Source: Armatimonadota bacterium (lineage in GTDB: Bacteria; Armatimonadota; HRBIN16). Taken from it: a DNA stretch of 64,000 bases. The stretch is taken from NCBI GenBank assembly GCA_963677485.1, contig OY781964.1, forward strand, positions 4,896,001 to 4,960,000, read 5' to 3'. Every line of letters starts with the position of its first letter. Positions within the stretch are counted from its first letter, which is position 1. Of the stretch, positions 28,990-39,447 are shown piece by piece. The notes under the pieces were generated by a model that was given only the letters and a program-made list of their open reading frames with translations, did no database searches and had not been told where the DNA came from. The position numbers and the translations under genes are program-made.

Positions 28990-29823
28990 CTATTCATTCC
29001 TGTTGTATCTAGTTCTCACTATCTCATCCACTTTCTGACACAAGCGTATATGCAGATTCTGAATATCATCATTCGATGATTGCACTAACTTGTTTTCATA
29101 TTCCCGAATTTGCCCCACACCCTCTCGGAAATACTCGCTTACTTCATCGACATCGTTCACGCGTGTTGTATCACAAAAGCTCCTTGACAAAATCACCATT
29201 GTTGATCCTAACCGATAGTGTTCGGCTAATATGTATTCAGCCGGAACATCACCATATCCAATCCTAGCAATACCCCCGAAGCCGAATTTAACTCCTGCCA
29301 TTCCCATTTTATTACATAACATTTCCACCGTTCCATTCGTTAATAGTTCAAACATAAACTTCATGCCGTAACCCAAATGTAAATCATTCAATCCAATATG
29401 GATTTCGTCAATACCATCAATATCAAGAATGTCATCAATACTATCTACAGCTTCTGGAGTTTCAAGAAGCAAGCACGTTTTGGCATCTCCACTCACGATA
29501 TCTATAAACGAAACAACCTCATGTACTGACTTAAAATATGGCAGCATCACGATATCGGCACCATATTCAATAACCAGTTGAATCTGGCCTGACGAATTAT
29601 GATGAATAGGGTCAACCCTGACAATCAACTGTGAGTTCCCCAACAACGGCTTTATTTTGGCGATTGAACAAATATCATGACGAGAAATGACCGTATCCAA
29701 ATGCCCTTGTCGCTCATTCTTACCGAGTGTTTCTAAATCTATAAATATCCGGTCCACACCACACCCGACCGCGATTTCTGCAACGTCAGGACTATCGGTA
29801 ATATACATTAATGTTAATGCCAC
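28990..29823 (-). CDS. HpcH/HpaI aldolase / citrate lyase beta-family protein
   Basis: RIFIDLE, IVMLPYF, LLLETPEAV and IHIGLNDL TIM-barrel motifs. Confidence 0.82.
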   Translation of the reverse strand: MALTLMYITDSPDVAEIAVGCGVDRIFIDLETLGKNERQGHLDTVISRHDICSIAKIKPLLGNSQLIVRVDPIHHNSSGQIQLVIEYGADIVMLPYFKSVHEVVSFIDIVSGDAKTCLLLETPEAVDSIDDILDIDGIDEIHIGLNDLHLGYGMKFMFELLTNGTVEMLCNKMGMAGVKFGFGGIARIGYGDVPAEYILAEHYRLGSTMVILSRSFCDTTRVNDVDEVSEYFREGVGQIREYENKLVQSSNDDIQNLHIRLCQKVDEIVRTRYNRNE

Positions 29824-29825
29824 GA

Positions 29826-30467
29826 TTAAGGTAACTTCTCATCATTATTTGGTAATATCGTTGTGGTTTTATCCGAATTCACGTTATCCTTCATGAGCAC
29901 GACATTGACTACGGTTTTCAAGAGTATCTTACAGTCAAGCCAAAACGACATATGTTCTACATACCACACATTCATTTCAATACGTTTGTTCCATTCTACA
30001 TCCTTTCGGCCATTGATCTGCGCCCACCCGGTCAACCCAGGCCGAACCATGAACATCTTTTTTTGTGCATCGGTGTAATGGTCATACTGCCACGGGTGAT
30101 ATGTTAGCGGTGGTCTTGGTCCAATAAAGCTCATGTCACCAAGCATGATATTCACGAGTTGTGGCAACTCGTCTATGCTGGTAGCTCTTATGATTTTCCC
30201 GACTTTGGTAACCCGTGCATCACTTTTACCAGAATACACTCCCTGTTTTTCCGCGTCTACAACCATAGAGCGATATTTATACATGTTAAACACTTTTCCG
30301 TTTCGACCAAGTCTCTTTTGTATATATAACACAAACCCCTTACTATCAATTATGATCAATAACGCTAATAATAACAGAACTGGGAATAATATAACTAATA
30401 ACAATATGGATAATGTGATATCATTTATTCTTTTGTAATCGATGTATTTCACAGCATTACCTCTCAT
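29826..30467 (-). CDS. Initiating phosphoglycosyl transferase (bacterial sugar transferase, small monotopic PGT)
   Basis: KRINDI, MYKYRSM, SIDELPQL, GDMSFIGPRP and RPGLTGWAQING motifs. Confidence 0.95.
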   Translation of the reverse strand: MRGNAVKYIDYKRINDITLSILLLVILFPVLLLLALLIIIDSKGFVLYIQKRLGRNGKVFNMYKYRSMVVDAEKQGVYSGKSDARVTKVGKIIRATSIDELPQLVNIMLGDMSFIGPRPPLTYHPWQYDHYTDAQKKMFMVRPGLTGWAQINGRKDVEWNKRIEMNVWYVEHMSFWLDCKILLKTVVNVVLMKDNVNSDKTTTILPNNDEKLP

Positions 30468-30514
30468 TCAAGCAATATTCATGTTCAATTATTATTTTAC
30501 AATACAAATACCCC

Positions 30515-31927
30515 CTACCGGCCGCTCATGTGTTTAACTATCATCGCTTGTGTACGAATAATGGTCTCTCGCAAACCTAAATTCATGATTTTTCGTGCTT
30601 CATGTGGCCATTTCCACGCATTATACATTAGCTGGCTCGATAGATTTACTATAATGAAACCAAGCAAACCATACCCCAATTCGAATGAAACTACACTTAA
30701 TGAAAGACTAAATAAACTCGTCAGAACGTAAGATCGCACATATGGTTGTTCGTTTCCTACAGATATAAAACTTGTAGCGCGCTGATGGTTGATCACTACA
30801 AATTGAGACAACACAATTATTGTAAGATAGGCAGGTGATAATAAGGAAGTGTTTGATTTAATGAGCTTCAGCACTGCACTACCTTGATTGACCAAAATTA
30901 CAGATCCAAGTAAATAAACGATCCATATCCATGATGTAACGAATGAAAAGAGGTCCTTTAGCTTTTCCTCGGCATTTATCAAACGATACGAACTCATTTG
31001 GGGAAGGTAAATATTAAAGGGAATAGACGCCATATTTGTCAGGACACTAACGAGTTGCATAGACAATCCATACATACCAGTAAGATGTAATGGTAAATAC
31101 ACAGAACACAATAAAGTATTCCCTTGATTTTGAATATAATTAGCTACCAGTGTCCATCCTATTTTTTTTGAATTGAATAATATCGATCGATATACATGAA
31201 TGCTTTCTCGGTGCCGAAACCTATAGACGGCTTTATTGTATTGGGTTATATTCTCACGTATCATCTTATTTATATGCACCGCATATTGATAACGATACAT
31301 GATTGATGTGCACAAAGTAGCTATGCCCAGTCCTAGCAAACCATATCCGGCAGCTATCAACACAAACCTCAACAATAAATTACATAGTTGATTTGAAATA
31401 CTAATGTACTGCATTTCTTTGATTTTCCCTAGGCCTTTAAAAAAGCTGTTACAATAGTTAAAATACATATTACAGGTAACACCTAAAGAAAATATAACCC
31501 ATGCAAGCAACGTTACTGAAGGCTTAATTGTACCAACTGATAAATGATATATATAGAGAGAGAAAAGCAAAAGTATAACTAAGACTGATATTCCGATATA
31601 TCTGTACACTCTTCGGGCTGTTAGCAACACATCAAACAACAACACGTAGTTTGCATGGCCTTGGTCCGACACCTTAGCAGGCGTACCATGTTTAGGGATA
31701 TCTTCTGCCCCACAATAAGCAAATGTAACATATCGAGTTACGACATTTCCAAATCCCAGGTCGAATAACGATGCAAAAGCTCCAACTGCTAAAAACACGC
31801 TCCACATCCCGAATTCAGATGCAGATATCTTATGTAATATCAACGGTAGTATAACTAAATTCGAAGTCATAGTGATGATATATGCTGCATAACTGAGTGC
31901 AGCATCCTTACGGGTTATATTGATCAA
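30515..31927 (-). CDS. wzx: Wzx-like repeat-unit flippase
   Basis: About 12-14 TM segments, EFGMWSVF and LFDLGFG motifs, polysaccharide cluster context. Confidence 0.82.
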   Translation of the reverse strand: MINITRKDAALSYAAYIITMTSNLVILPLILHKISASEFGMWSVFLAVGAFASLFDLGFGNVVTRYVTFAYCGAEDIPKHGTPAKVSDQGHANYVLLFDVLLTARRVYRYIGISVLVILLLFSLYIYHLSVGTIKPSVTLLAWVIFSLGVTCNMYFNYCNSFFKGLGKIKEMQYISISNQLCNLLLRFVLIAAGYGLLGLGIATLCTSIMYRYQYAVHINKMIRENITQYNKAVYRFRHRESIHVYRSILFNSKKIGWTLVANYIQNQGNTLLCSVYLPLHLTGMYGLSMQLVSVLTNMASIPFNIYLPQMSSYRLINAEEKLKDLFSFVTSWIWIVYLLGSVILVNQGSAVLKLIKSNTSLLSPAYLTIIVLSQFVVINHQRATSFISVGNEQPYVRSYVLTSLFSLSLSVVSFELGYGLLGFIIVNLSSQLMYNAWKWPHEARKIMNLGLRETIIRTQAMIVKHMSGR

Positions 31928-33111
31928 GCTGTTTCCTTAGCTAATGGGACATAGCATTGCTTGTACAGAGGTAATGATATAACCCACCAAAATATGAAAG
32001 AATTCATATTATTATGCGTAAGTGAAAACACAACCATGGCTACGAACATTAGGCCGATGGATAACGACGAGTTATGAGAGTAGTTGACTATTCTATTATA
32101 TTGCTGAGATAGATAGATTAATATGACGGCAAATCCAGGGATGCCGCATTCACCTAGTATACGCAGATAGTCATTATGTGTGACGTACAACGTATTACCA
32201 TATTGAACTAATAGGTTTCCGTATCCGACACCATAGACAAGGTTATCAAGAATGACCTTCCAGGCACCACTCCAAATGGACATTCTACTGAATCCTTCTC
32301 CCTTCGCGAAACTTTGTATCAACGCCGAGTTTATTGTTTCGGCGGAAGCTACACTATAAACATAGTATATACCGATGATCAAGAGTGATGCTCCATAAAT
32401 CCGAGTTAGAAACCTTCTTCGGAAATATAAAGCAAACCAGTAAAAGGCCGACACCAATACAATCAGTGAAATCGTGTTCGATTGTGTTAGGTAGATAGAG
32501 TATCCAACCGTGGTAATATACATAAACGTGTTGATCCTGCTAATTGGAAATATATACAAATAGAACAATATTGAGATATATGCATATAATGCATAATAAT
32601 TTGGATTCCCAAAAGTCACTTCAGGCCTCACATTGCCAGTCGCGTATCGTTCGACTACCACGCAGAATGACAATATCCACGAATTAATAACAAACAACTT
32701 CATAATTTGGCGTAAATGTAACGATGTCAGAATAACATTGTATGCATAAAAACTAAATACCAGCACAAACATAAGGTTAACAGTATTAAGGCTCATGTTT
32801 GACCTATTATCACTTCGAGCATTCAAAATAGATGAAACCATGGCTACGCAAAAAAAGGTGATCTCATATGGATTCAACTTACATCTCACTTTTGATATAA
32901 ACAAAGTTATCAACCCATACAATAAGGCGCATTTAAGCAATATATCTTGAAATGAAAACAACGAATCCATCTTATACGGAAACATGGCCATGTAGATGTA
33001 AATCGGAAATGAGATTTTGGCTGGTCCGAGCTTTTTGTATTCTATTATATAATAGAAAAGCATAAACACCCCTATGACCGTGGTAATATATCTGAACTGA
33101 TCGTAACTCAA
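31924..33111 (-). CDS. Wzy polymerase / O-antigen ligase-like membrane protein
   Basis: Multi-TM protein with TFGNPNY, SRMSIW, GVGYG and THNDYLRILGECG (Wzy_C-like). Confidence 0.85.
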   Translation of the reverse strand: MSYDQFRYITTVIGVFMLFYYIIEYKKLGPAKISFPIYIYMAMFPYKMDSLFSFQDILLKCALLYGLITLFISKVRCKLNPYEITFFCVAMVSSILNARSDNRSNMSLNTVNLMFVLVFSFYAYNVILTSLHLRQIMKLFVINSWILSFCVVVERYATGNVRPEVTFGNPNYYALYAYISILFYLYIFPISRINTFMYITTVGYSIYLTQSNTISLIVLVSAFYWFALYFRRRFLTRIYGASLLIIGIYYVYSVASAETINSALIQSFAKGEGFSRMSIWSGAWKVILDNLVYGVGYGNLLVQYGNTLYVTHNDYLRILGECGIPGFAVILIYLSQQYNRIVNYSHNSSLSIGLMFVAMVVFSLTHNNMNSFIFWWVISLPLYKQCYVPLAKETA

Positions 33112-33150
33112 CTATCTATACACCTTGATTGTTTGCTTACCATGTAACTT

Positions 33151-34248
33151 TTATTCTGCTTTTCCAATACAACTTGTATATATATCCTGTAACCTCATGA
33201 TCTCATTTGAAATGGTAAATCCAGCAGCTTCTATATATTCCGAATAGCACTCTCGGTTCGTTACTAGATTTATGCTAGCTATTTTGGAGGCCCATACACC
33301 TGCAGGCACCGCTATCGATAACTGATGACATACATCTGTAACGATAACTTCTCTAGTAATGCGATCTGAAATAATGCATGGGAGTCCTGATACCTGAGCT
33401 TCCATAACAGCATTCGGAAATCCTTCGTAAAATGATGGAAAGGCGAAACAATCCATGGCCGACAAAATACGTTCCACATCGCTTCTCGTTTCTAGTATCA
33501 TAATATATCTATTTAGATTCAACCTTGTTATGTTTGATTTCAGTTTATATATCAAGGGCCCATTTCCTATCAACAATAGTATAGCGTCATTACGCAATAT
33601 AGATAATTGTTTCATAATATCCAAAAGGTATGCATGATTTTTAACCCAAGACAGCATACCTACATGGCCCAAGACGAATTTATCGTTAATACCTAGTTCA
33701 CGCCTGACAGAAATTCTTGCACGATCGTCGTAACGATATCTTAATGTATCGACGCTGTTGTTGATGACTGCATATTTGCCTTTTGGACCAAATAACGACT
33801 CTCCCGCAAGGTCAGAGACAGCAACTTTTAAGAACTGGTATCTATGAACTATTCGACCATTGATTTTATGTAATAATTTGGTGGCCATAGATTGCGGAAC
33901 TCCAGCGCTTCTACTGTGTACAATCACTTTACACCCGTATCGAATCGCGGAATGAATAGGCGTGATATCGCTCCATGTGTTAAGATGGCAATGTAATATA
34001 TCATACTTACCTTCACGCATTACAGCGTCTATGTCCATCCTATGCTTGATCACCGAAGATGATCTTGAAGATACAGGAAAGATACTGCTACCAAGCTTCA
34101 ACAATTCGTTTTGAAAACAGGCATTTCCATCATTCACTATAAAATCGAAATGATACGCACTTCTATCAATATTATTTGTCAGCTTTAAAAGATATGTTTC
34201 TATCCCGCCCATATTACTACTGAGCCCATAATGTAATACCCGAACCAT
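33151..34248 (-). CDS. Glycosyltransferase, GT-B EpsF-like
   Basis: MGGIETY, GHVG...KNH and FPSFYEGFPNAVMEAQVSGLP. Confidence 0.9.
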   Translation of the reverse strand: MVRVLHYGLSSNMGGIETYLLKLTNNIDRSAYHFDFIVNDGNACFQNELLKLGSSIFPVSSRSSSVIKHRMDIDAVMREGKYDILHCHLNTWSDITPIHSAIRYGCKVIVHSRSAGVPQSMATKLLHKINGRIVHRYQFLKVAVSDLAGESLFGPKGKYAVINNSVDTLRYRYDDRARISVRRELGINDKFVLGHVGMLSWVKNHAYLLDIMKQLSILRNDAILLLIGNGPLIYKLKSNITRLNLNRYIMILETRSDVERILSAMDCFAFPSFYEGFPNAVMEAQVSGLPCIISDRITREVIVTDVCHQLSIAVPAGVWASKIASINLVTNRECYSEYIEAAGFTISNEIMRLQDIYTSCIGKAE

Positions 34249-34303
34249 ACCTGATCCCCCCTGTAATAACCTTAAACCTAGACAGCTGAGATCCTAGCTG
34301 ATA

Positions 34304-35413
34304 CTAAATGTCAAGTATATCAAGTAATTCGGCTCTATATTTAACGAATGACCTATCCCATTCATAAAATCCAACAATATCATTGTAGGCGTTGATGGCC
34401 AGACTTTCTCGAAGATCTTGATCACGCACTAGAACCAGTAATGCCTCAACCATTTCATCAACACTTCCTGGACTGATGAGCATTCCATTTTTCATGTCAT
34501 GAATAACACCAGGTATAGTACCTACATTTGTAGTAATCAATGGAAGTTTGACTGCCATTGCCTCCAGCAATGCTCTCGGCATACCTTCCCGTAATGACGG
34601 TTGTATATAAATATCAGCATTACTAAGAATTTCCGATATAGTCTCTTGTGGCAAGTCACCCACGAATTCCACATCACACTGTTCAAACGCTAATTCTTGA
34701 AGCTTGGACTTTTCCGGTCCATCCCCTATTAGTAATAAACGAATATTTAAATGATAATGGGTACGTAATTTAATTATTGCAGAAATGGCAATATGATACC
34801 CCTTTCGTTTAACAAGAGAGCCGATGCTGATGATAGTAGTTTGTTCACCTATTTTATGACTCGTTTTTCGATGTTTAAATATGGCAAGATTTACCCTGTT
34901 AGGGATAATAGCGATTTTAGCATTTGGTGCTATTTCTAAAATCATAGTAGCCATCATACCATTCAGTGCTCGGATTTTTTTTGCATGGTTCAACGATATC
35001 ATAATGATCTTCCCTAACAACATGTGCAGTAATCTATGACTTCGCAAAATATCAAAATAGAATGTATCGTGTATTTCTTGCATGTAAGGTATTTTATATA
35101 ATTTATCGATAACAGCGGCGGTCAATCCCCCAAATATTGGGCACTGAACAAGGCATAAGTCGATGGAATACCGAGGGACGATAATGAAAGCGTAAAGACT
35201 CGTAAAGATAAAAGAACAAGTATGCCCTCCATGGGGCACAAGATGCAAGTAGATATTTCCTTCATTATGTGTATGAAACAAATTGTCTTGTGATCTACCT
35301 AAAACGTGATACTGCTTAAATCCTTTAGCCAACTCCACCCAGATTTTTCTAGTATGGGTATCCTCGTTAAGAGGACCAAAAACATTAGCACTAATATGAA
35401 GTATTCTAGACAT
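34304..35413 (-). CDS. Glycosyltransferase family 4
   Basis: IGSLVKRKG and QPSLREGMPRALLEAMA. Confidence 0.9.
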   Translation of the reverse strand: MSRILHISANVFGPLNEDTHTRKIWVELAKGFKQYHVLGRSQDNLFHTHNEGNIYLHLVPHGGHTCSFIFTSLYAFIIVPRYSIDLCLVQCPIFGGLTAAVIDKLYKIPYMQEIHDTFYFDILRSHRLLHMLLGKIIMISLNHAKKIRALNGMMATMILEIAPNAKIAIIPNRVNLAIFKHRKTSHKIGEQTTIISIGSLVKRKGYHIAISAIIKLRTHYHLNIRLLLIGDGPEKSKLQELAFEQCDVEFVGDLPQETISEILSNADIYIQPSLREGMPRALLEAMAVKLPLITTNVGTIPGVIHDMKNGMLISPGSVDEMVEALLVLVRDQDLRESLAINAYNDIVGFYEWDRSFVKYRAELLDILDI

Positions 35414-36561
35414 TACTGAAGTATTTTTTCAATATACATATTCGCAACACTTTTAGTAGAGTATCGTTGTACATATTCTATATTCTCGTCTGATAACTCG
35501 GCCATGTCATTCACATTGCATATTAACATTTCAAGACAACTCGTGAAATCTTCAACACGAGTCCGATCGACAATATACCGACGTTGTTTCAAGCCCACTA
35601 TGTCCAATGTACCTCCTGCATCCGTAGCGACAATCGGTAAACCACAAGCCATTGCTTCAATCACTACTCTAGGAAATCCTTCAGTATATGATGGATTAAT
35701 AAACACATCGGCGCACATGTAGTACTTATGAATTTCTCGATTTGGTAATGCCCCTAGAAAACTAACGTTATCTTTGAAGGATGATGCAGCAACCAGATTC
35801 TCAAGATGCCGCCTATCTGGACCATCACCTATTATTAAAACATGAAACTTTAGATTTCTAGTCATCAAATGATCAAAAACATATGGAATATACAAGCCCG
35901 TTTTTCGGACAGGAGATAACCTATGCACCATGATAATAACTATTTCGTCACGATCTAGTCTCAGCTCCTCGCGGATAGCAAGCTTTTCTTCTGTTGTTGC
36001 TTTATGAAACCTACTGATATCAATATCGTTATATAACAACATCATTTTATCATGTTTTATTTTTACGACATTTTCATAATAAGATATCATTGACTCCGGA
36101 CCTGTGACAAAATAATCAATATGCCGATATACAAAGGTATCTTTTGGATTACGTGTGTATTTCCATATTATATTCCTAAGTAGTTTTTGATTACTATCAA
36201 TCTCGTATGTCTTCCCACTCTGCCAGTAATAAATATGAGCACCATATACCTTACCGACGATAATAGATATAATTGCAGCGTTAATAGTTATTCTGATGAA
36301 TATACGGTTGTACCCCAATCTTATATACTTTATCAGTAATGAGATCAGCTCTACTGCTCGAGTAAGTCTATTCCTACGACTTTGGCATACGACTTTTATA
36401 TTCGAATGTACCTTTGGAATTGGGCCATGACACTTCTCGATGATCAGCACGATATAAACGCCCATATCAGCAATTGTGTTTAATAGGTTGATAATATGGT
36501 AGAAATGTTGATCCGAATCTTCCGAATATTGATTTAGCAAATATATCAGTTTGTTATTCAT
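35413..36561 (-). CDS. Glycosyltransferase family 4
   Basis: VHRLSPVRK and NPSYTEGFPRVVIEAMACGLP. Start moved to ATG 36561 (MNNKLIYLL). Confidence 0.9.
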   Translation of the reverse strand: MNNKLIYLLNQYSEDSDQHFYHIINLLNTIADMGVYIVLIIEKCHGPIPKVHSNIKVVCQSRRNRLTRAVELISLLIKYIRLGYNRIFIRITINAAIISIIVGKVYGAHIYYWQSGKTYEIDSNQKLLRNIIWKYTRNPKDTFVYRHIDYFVTGPESMISYYENVVKIKHDKMMLLYNDIDISRFHKATTEEKLAIREELRLDRDEIVIIMVHRLSPVRKTGLYIPYVFDHLMTRNLKFHVLIIGDGPDRRHLENLVAASSFKDNVSFLGALPNREIHKYYMCADVFINPSYTEGFPRVVIEAMACGLPIVATDAGGTLDIVGLKQRRYIVDRTRVEDFTSCLEMLICNVNDMAELSDENIEYVQRYSTKSVANMYIEKILQ

Positions 36562-36758
36562 GTAAATGAGCCGCATGAAATGAAACAGACCCGGGCAAGT
36601 GTAAATCCAAATAAACATTGGTAATTTACGTACTGAGTGGAGCCTGCATAATTTTTCTCGCGATAAAGTCCTTTCGTAGAATCTTCAGCCAAAGACATTA
36701 AGCCAAATACAGGATCCTGGTAAAACTCATGATGTATCCTCATGAACAAAGTATACAT
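36558..36758 (-). CDS. 66-aa ORF coupled to both neighbours (small protein or gene remnant)
   Basis: Its ATG overlaps the upstream TAA (TAATG) and its TGA overlaps the downstream ATG (ATGA). No recognisable motif. Confidence 0.35.
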   Translation of the reverse strand: MYTLFMRIHHEFYQDPVFGLMSLAEDSTKGLYREKNYAGSTQYVNYQCLFGFTLARVCFISCGSFT

Positions 36759-37927
36759 TATTGGTCAGCTCGCATTGTTTCAGGCAAATTTGTATGGTCG
36801 AAAGAATGCAATTTTGTTGAGTATGCTTGAACATAAAATTGCTGCAGCCATGAGGAGTTTATTTTTACGTCGTATCCTGACCGGCGTATTTCATTATGGT
36901 GATCATTGCGTGAAACTTCATTAACACACTTTAGTATACGGTTAGCCCACGTATTACAAGATATACTTAACGGCATGAACTCTATCAGGTCTGTGATTGC
37001 TACGTCCCTAGTCACCGCATCTGATGCAATAATTGGTAGTCCTGCGCATTGTGCCTCAATAAGAGACACAGGAAGCCCCTCATACAATGATGGAAATACC
37101 AACACATCTATAGCTTGTAGATAATCGGCTACATTATGTACTATACCGACTAGTAACGCATTGTTTCGCATTTTTGATTGCTCTATCTCTCGTTCAATCC
37201 TCGTTCTTAACGGACCGTCACCCACCAGCAATAGAATGGCATTTTTATCTTTTTCGAGAATGCTCTTGAATGTCTGTATCAGATATTTGTGGTTTTTCGG
37301 ATAAGTAAAACTGCCAACATGACCTATTACTAAATGTCCATTTAAGCAAAGACTTTCTCGAATGAGGTCTCTTTTGGCTTGACTAAACGCATACAAACTA
37401 GTATCTATGGAATTGTTTATTACCGTATAATTTTCATTTTTAGTAGCATCTACACCGAACAACCATATTCCGGCATCGTTCGAACATGCAAATAGGTAAT
37501 CGGATACATCCTTAATGCGGGCCTGGAGAATACCTTTAATTAGCCGTTCTAGTATATTTCCCCTTGATGAAACACTATGACTATGAGCTATGGTTACAAT
37601 TCCGTAATTCCTTGCTATACCGAGATATATAGATGCTGTACTTCGATAATGACCATGAATTATTTTATATTCAGTGTGATCACAAAGCAATTTCCGCCAT
37701 AACTTTACGTACATATAGTGATTATAGACCTTATACTTAGGTACTCTGTATATAACCCCACCAAGATCATGGATTTCGTTTTCGTATTCACATATATCGG
37801 TTGTATGTATCACAAAGTCAAATTGAATAACTGAACGATCTAGGTTACGATACAAACTCATGACCATAGATTCAGCACCACCTCGATTGACCCCCCCCAG
37901 AACATGCAATATCTTTACCGCTGGCAT
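36758..37927 (-). CDS. Glycosyltransferase, GT-B EpsF-like
   Basis: NRGGAES, FDFVIH, GHVGSFTYPKNH and FPSLYEGLPVSLIEAQCAGLP. Confidence 0.92.
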   Translation of the reverse strand: MPAVKILHVLGGVNRGGAESMVMSLYRNLDRSVIQFDFVIHTTDICEYENEIHDLGGVIYRVPKYKVYNHYMYVKLWRKLLCDHTEYKIIHGHYRSTASIYLGIARNYGIVTIAHSHSVSSRGNILERLIKGILQARIKDVSDYLFACSNDAGIWLFGVDATKNENYTVINNSIDTSLYAFSQAKRDLIRESLCLNGHLVIGHVGSFTYPKNHKYLIQTFKSILEKDKNAILLLVGDGPLRTRIEREIEQSKMRNNALLVGIVHNVADYLQAIDVLVFPSLYEGLPVSLIEAQCAGLPIIASDAVTRDVAITDLIEFMPLSISCNTWANRILKCVNEVSRNDHHNEIRRSGYDVKINSSWLQQFYVQAYSTKLHSFDHTNLPETMRADQ

Positions 37928-37931
37928 TGTA

Positions 37932-38666
37932 TCATATCCTCATTACTACAGACCTTAATGATCTCATCGCAAAGTAGATTGACTTCAAAGTCATATCCGC
38001 GACGTTATATCTTCTTTCAGTGAGCTGTATGTTACAAAAACTTGATCTATGCTTACTAATAAATGACTCAAAGATATCAAAATCTTTATCATTCATACTA
38101 TTTGGATGGTAGCAGAATGTTGATACCCGAAACGGTAATCTACTAAAGTGACCAGACTGAACCGGTAGAAAGTAGAACTCCTTCATCTTGTACACATCAT
38201 ATGCTATCGTATCACTAATGATACGAATATCACTTTCCATTTTTAGTGCAAGTAACGTATTCCTATCAAAAGTATGCGAAGGAGCAAAAAACACTTTTGC
38301 ATCGAGACGATGATATTTCAGAATTTCTATACCGGCGTGGATCTTTGATCTTTGAATATTCAATGAAACGCCCGCGAATTCGGACCGGGCTTGAACAGGG
38401 TTCAAGCCCCCACATCGCGTTATATAAACATGATCGTATCCATGTAAAGCAATTATCCACTTATTATCTTGCCATGATAGTGCCAGATCCCAAAACTTAT
38501 CATTTCTAGAATAGCGTTTTACGATGTCGCTATCTTGACAATTCGGAATGATCCCGACAATTGGCTTGATAGAATATCGATTAACTATATTTTCAATCCT
38601 TTGCCAATTGTTGATATCCATATTCTCACAAGCATCATCAATTCGTAGTATGTACATGTTTAACAA
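37932..38666 (-). CDS. Polysaccharide deacetylase-like (DUF2334 / CE4 fold) protein
   Basis: LRIDD, ALHGYDH, SEFAG, FFAPSHTFD and YHP motifs. Confidence 0.8.
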   Translation of the reverse strand: MLNMYILRIDDACENMDINNWQRIENIVNRYSIKPIVGIIPNCQDSDIVKRYSRNDKFWDLALSWQDNKWIIALHGYDHVYITRCGGLNPVQARSEFAGVSLNIQRSKIHAGIEILKYHRLDAKVFFAPSHTFDRNTLLALKMESDIRIISDTIAYDVYKMKEFYFLPVQSGHFSRLPFRVSTFCYHPNSMNDKDFDIFESFISKHRSSFCNIQLTERRYNVADMTLKSIYFAMRSLRSVVMRI

Positions 38667-39447
38667 ACCGTGTAATTCTATTTACTGACTTCATACAAAT
38701 TACTGTCACTTTTCCAAAGACAGTATTTCCGATGATATAGTTGTCATAACTATGCATTTTACCACCAAATGAAATTTTAAACTGATCAATGCCATTCGGG
38801 TCGTCAAGACTAGAGATCCCCCCCCAATCATAGTCACTAATACCTTGACTTCGAAATGAAACCATATCCTTATAATGTAGATATTTATTAAGCCTACCGA
38901 TTTGTGCTTTATCATGACTACTGCTTCTAAAATTCGATGCAGAATGTAAAAGTCGCACTTTACTACCATCCGTTATATATGAATGGAAGACTAACGGAGT
39001 GTTATCAACTAATCCGATCGTGATGACAGCAACGTTATTTCGTATATATTCTAAAAACAATCTATAGTTAAACTTAACTTTCAATCCTTTCTCGAAATAC
39101 ATTTGCTCGTAAACATCACGCAATCCTCTAACACATTCTAGATTGCTCATTATTTGGCTAGATTCATGAAATTCGATCCTAGCCCCTTCCTTTTCACAAC
39201 GATGAATCTCATATCTTACGTTCTTTTTTACACCTGCCATTAAACTTGTTTCTTCAACTTTTAGGTCTGTTATCAATGTGTATTGTTTATTCCTAATGAA
39301 TATTCCATCTACATTCTGGGCATCGACTCCATGAACAATAATTAAATCAGCCCCACTCACTTTCCCCGTAATCGATGACATAATGTCTTGGCTAAACCAC
39401 ACATTCGATAACGTCAACATGCCTTTTCTGTATTTCACAGTGATCAT
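38638..39447 (-). CDS. FemABX-like GNAT-fold transferase
   Basis: TLITDL, KNVRYEIHRCEKEG and YDWGG...GIDQFKISFGG. Confidence 0.75.
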   Translation of the reverse strand: MITVKYRKGMLTLSNVWFSQDIMSSITGKVSGADLIIVHGVDAQNVDGIFIRNKQYTLITDLKVEETSLMAGVKKNVRYEIHRCEKEGARIEFHESSQIMSNLECVRGLRDVYEQMYFEKGLKVKFNYRLFLEYIRNNVAVITIGLVDNTPLVFHSYITDGSKVRLLHSASNFRSSSHDKAQIGRLNKYLHYKDMVSFRSQGISDYDWGGISSLDDPNGIDQFKISFGGKMHSYDNYIIGNTVFGKVTVICMKSVNRITRFVKHVHTTN

